Below are positions 23,889 through 24,054 of a stretch of DNA of 24,054 nt, piece by piece. A model generated the notes under the pieces. That model did no database searches. It was given only the letters and a program-made list of their open reading frames with translations, and was not told the origin of the DNA. Each line of letters opens with the position of its first letter. Positions within the stretch are counted from its first letter, which is position 1. This DNA comes from a virus (Duplodnaviria > Caudoviricetes). The translations under genes and the position numbers were made by a program. Location of the stretch: IMG/VR virus record IMGVR_UViG_3300048880_000309, positions 1-24,054 of that record. One strand, given 5' to 3'.

Positions 23889-24054
23889 GCAAGTTTAAAG
23901 TTGGAGACTTAATTCAATATAACTGGACTCATTGGTCTGATGCTTACGAACCTACATTTCGGGTTTGTGACGGTGATTTGGGCATTGTGGTAAGAACCAA
24001 CCTATTTAAAACTACCAGAGATGAAGGTCCAAAAGCAATTGTTGAGGTTCTAAA
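23885..24054 (+). CDS. VGDL-motif SH3/KOW-like protein 5 (3' truncated; absent from the ORF track)
   Basis: Manual translation MSKFKVGDLIQYNWTHWSDAYEPTFRVCDGDLGIVVRTNLFKTTRDEGPKAIVEVL, open to the window end; ATGA overlap. Confidence 0.75.
   Translation, partial: MSKFKVGDLIQYNWTHWSDAYEPTFRVCDGDLGIVVRTNLFKTTRDEGPKAIVEVL

Noticed and set aside
1-24054. Stop-codon reassignment (seen in some large phages)
   Set aside because: Core genes are full length in code 11, TAA, TGA and TAG all end genes at tight junctions, and there is no clear suppressor tRNA.
1-24054. CRISPR array or diversity-generating retroelement
   Set aside because: No regularly spaced repeats with spacers, no reverse transcriptase, and the repeat pairs do not differ specifically at adenines.

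Overview
A 24 kb segment of a large dsDNA bacteriophage genome (probably a jumbo or T4-superfamily-like myovirus; this is inferred from gene content). All credible genes lie on the + strand, are densely packed and read in the standard code. The replication and nucleotide-metabolism block contains the 3' part of RecA/UvsX, a 5'-3' exonuclease/RNase H, a DnaB-like helicase, class II (B12) ribonucleotide reductase, ThyX interrupted by an HNH-bearing intein, DNA polymerase III alpha and dUTPase. Protein-handling genes are GroES-like, ClpP-like and GroEL. There are also two free-standing HNH genes, two tRNAs and one tRNA-like gene with an abnormal anticodon arm. The most notable patterns are: (1) two small genes sharing a 23-aa N-terminal leader fused to unrelated cargo, which together with an acidic scaffold-like gene lie downstream of copies of an exact TAACACTATTTA motif, suggesting a capsid-loading signal system; (2) four sigma70-type promoters and both TAACACTATTTA motifs overlap the stop codon of the preceding gene; (3) an HNH gene bracketed by an exact 19-bp stop-RBS-start repeat; (4) an array of at least five 'KVGDL' SH3/KOW-like small genes. 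All calls come from reading motifs by eye; no searches were run.
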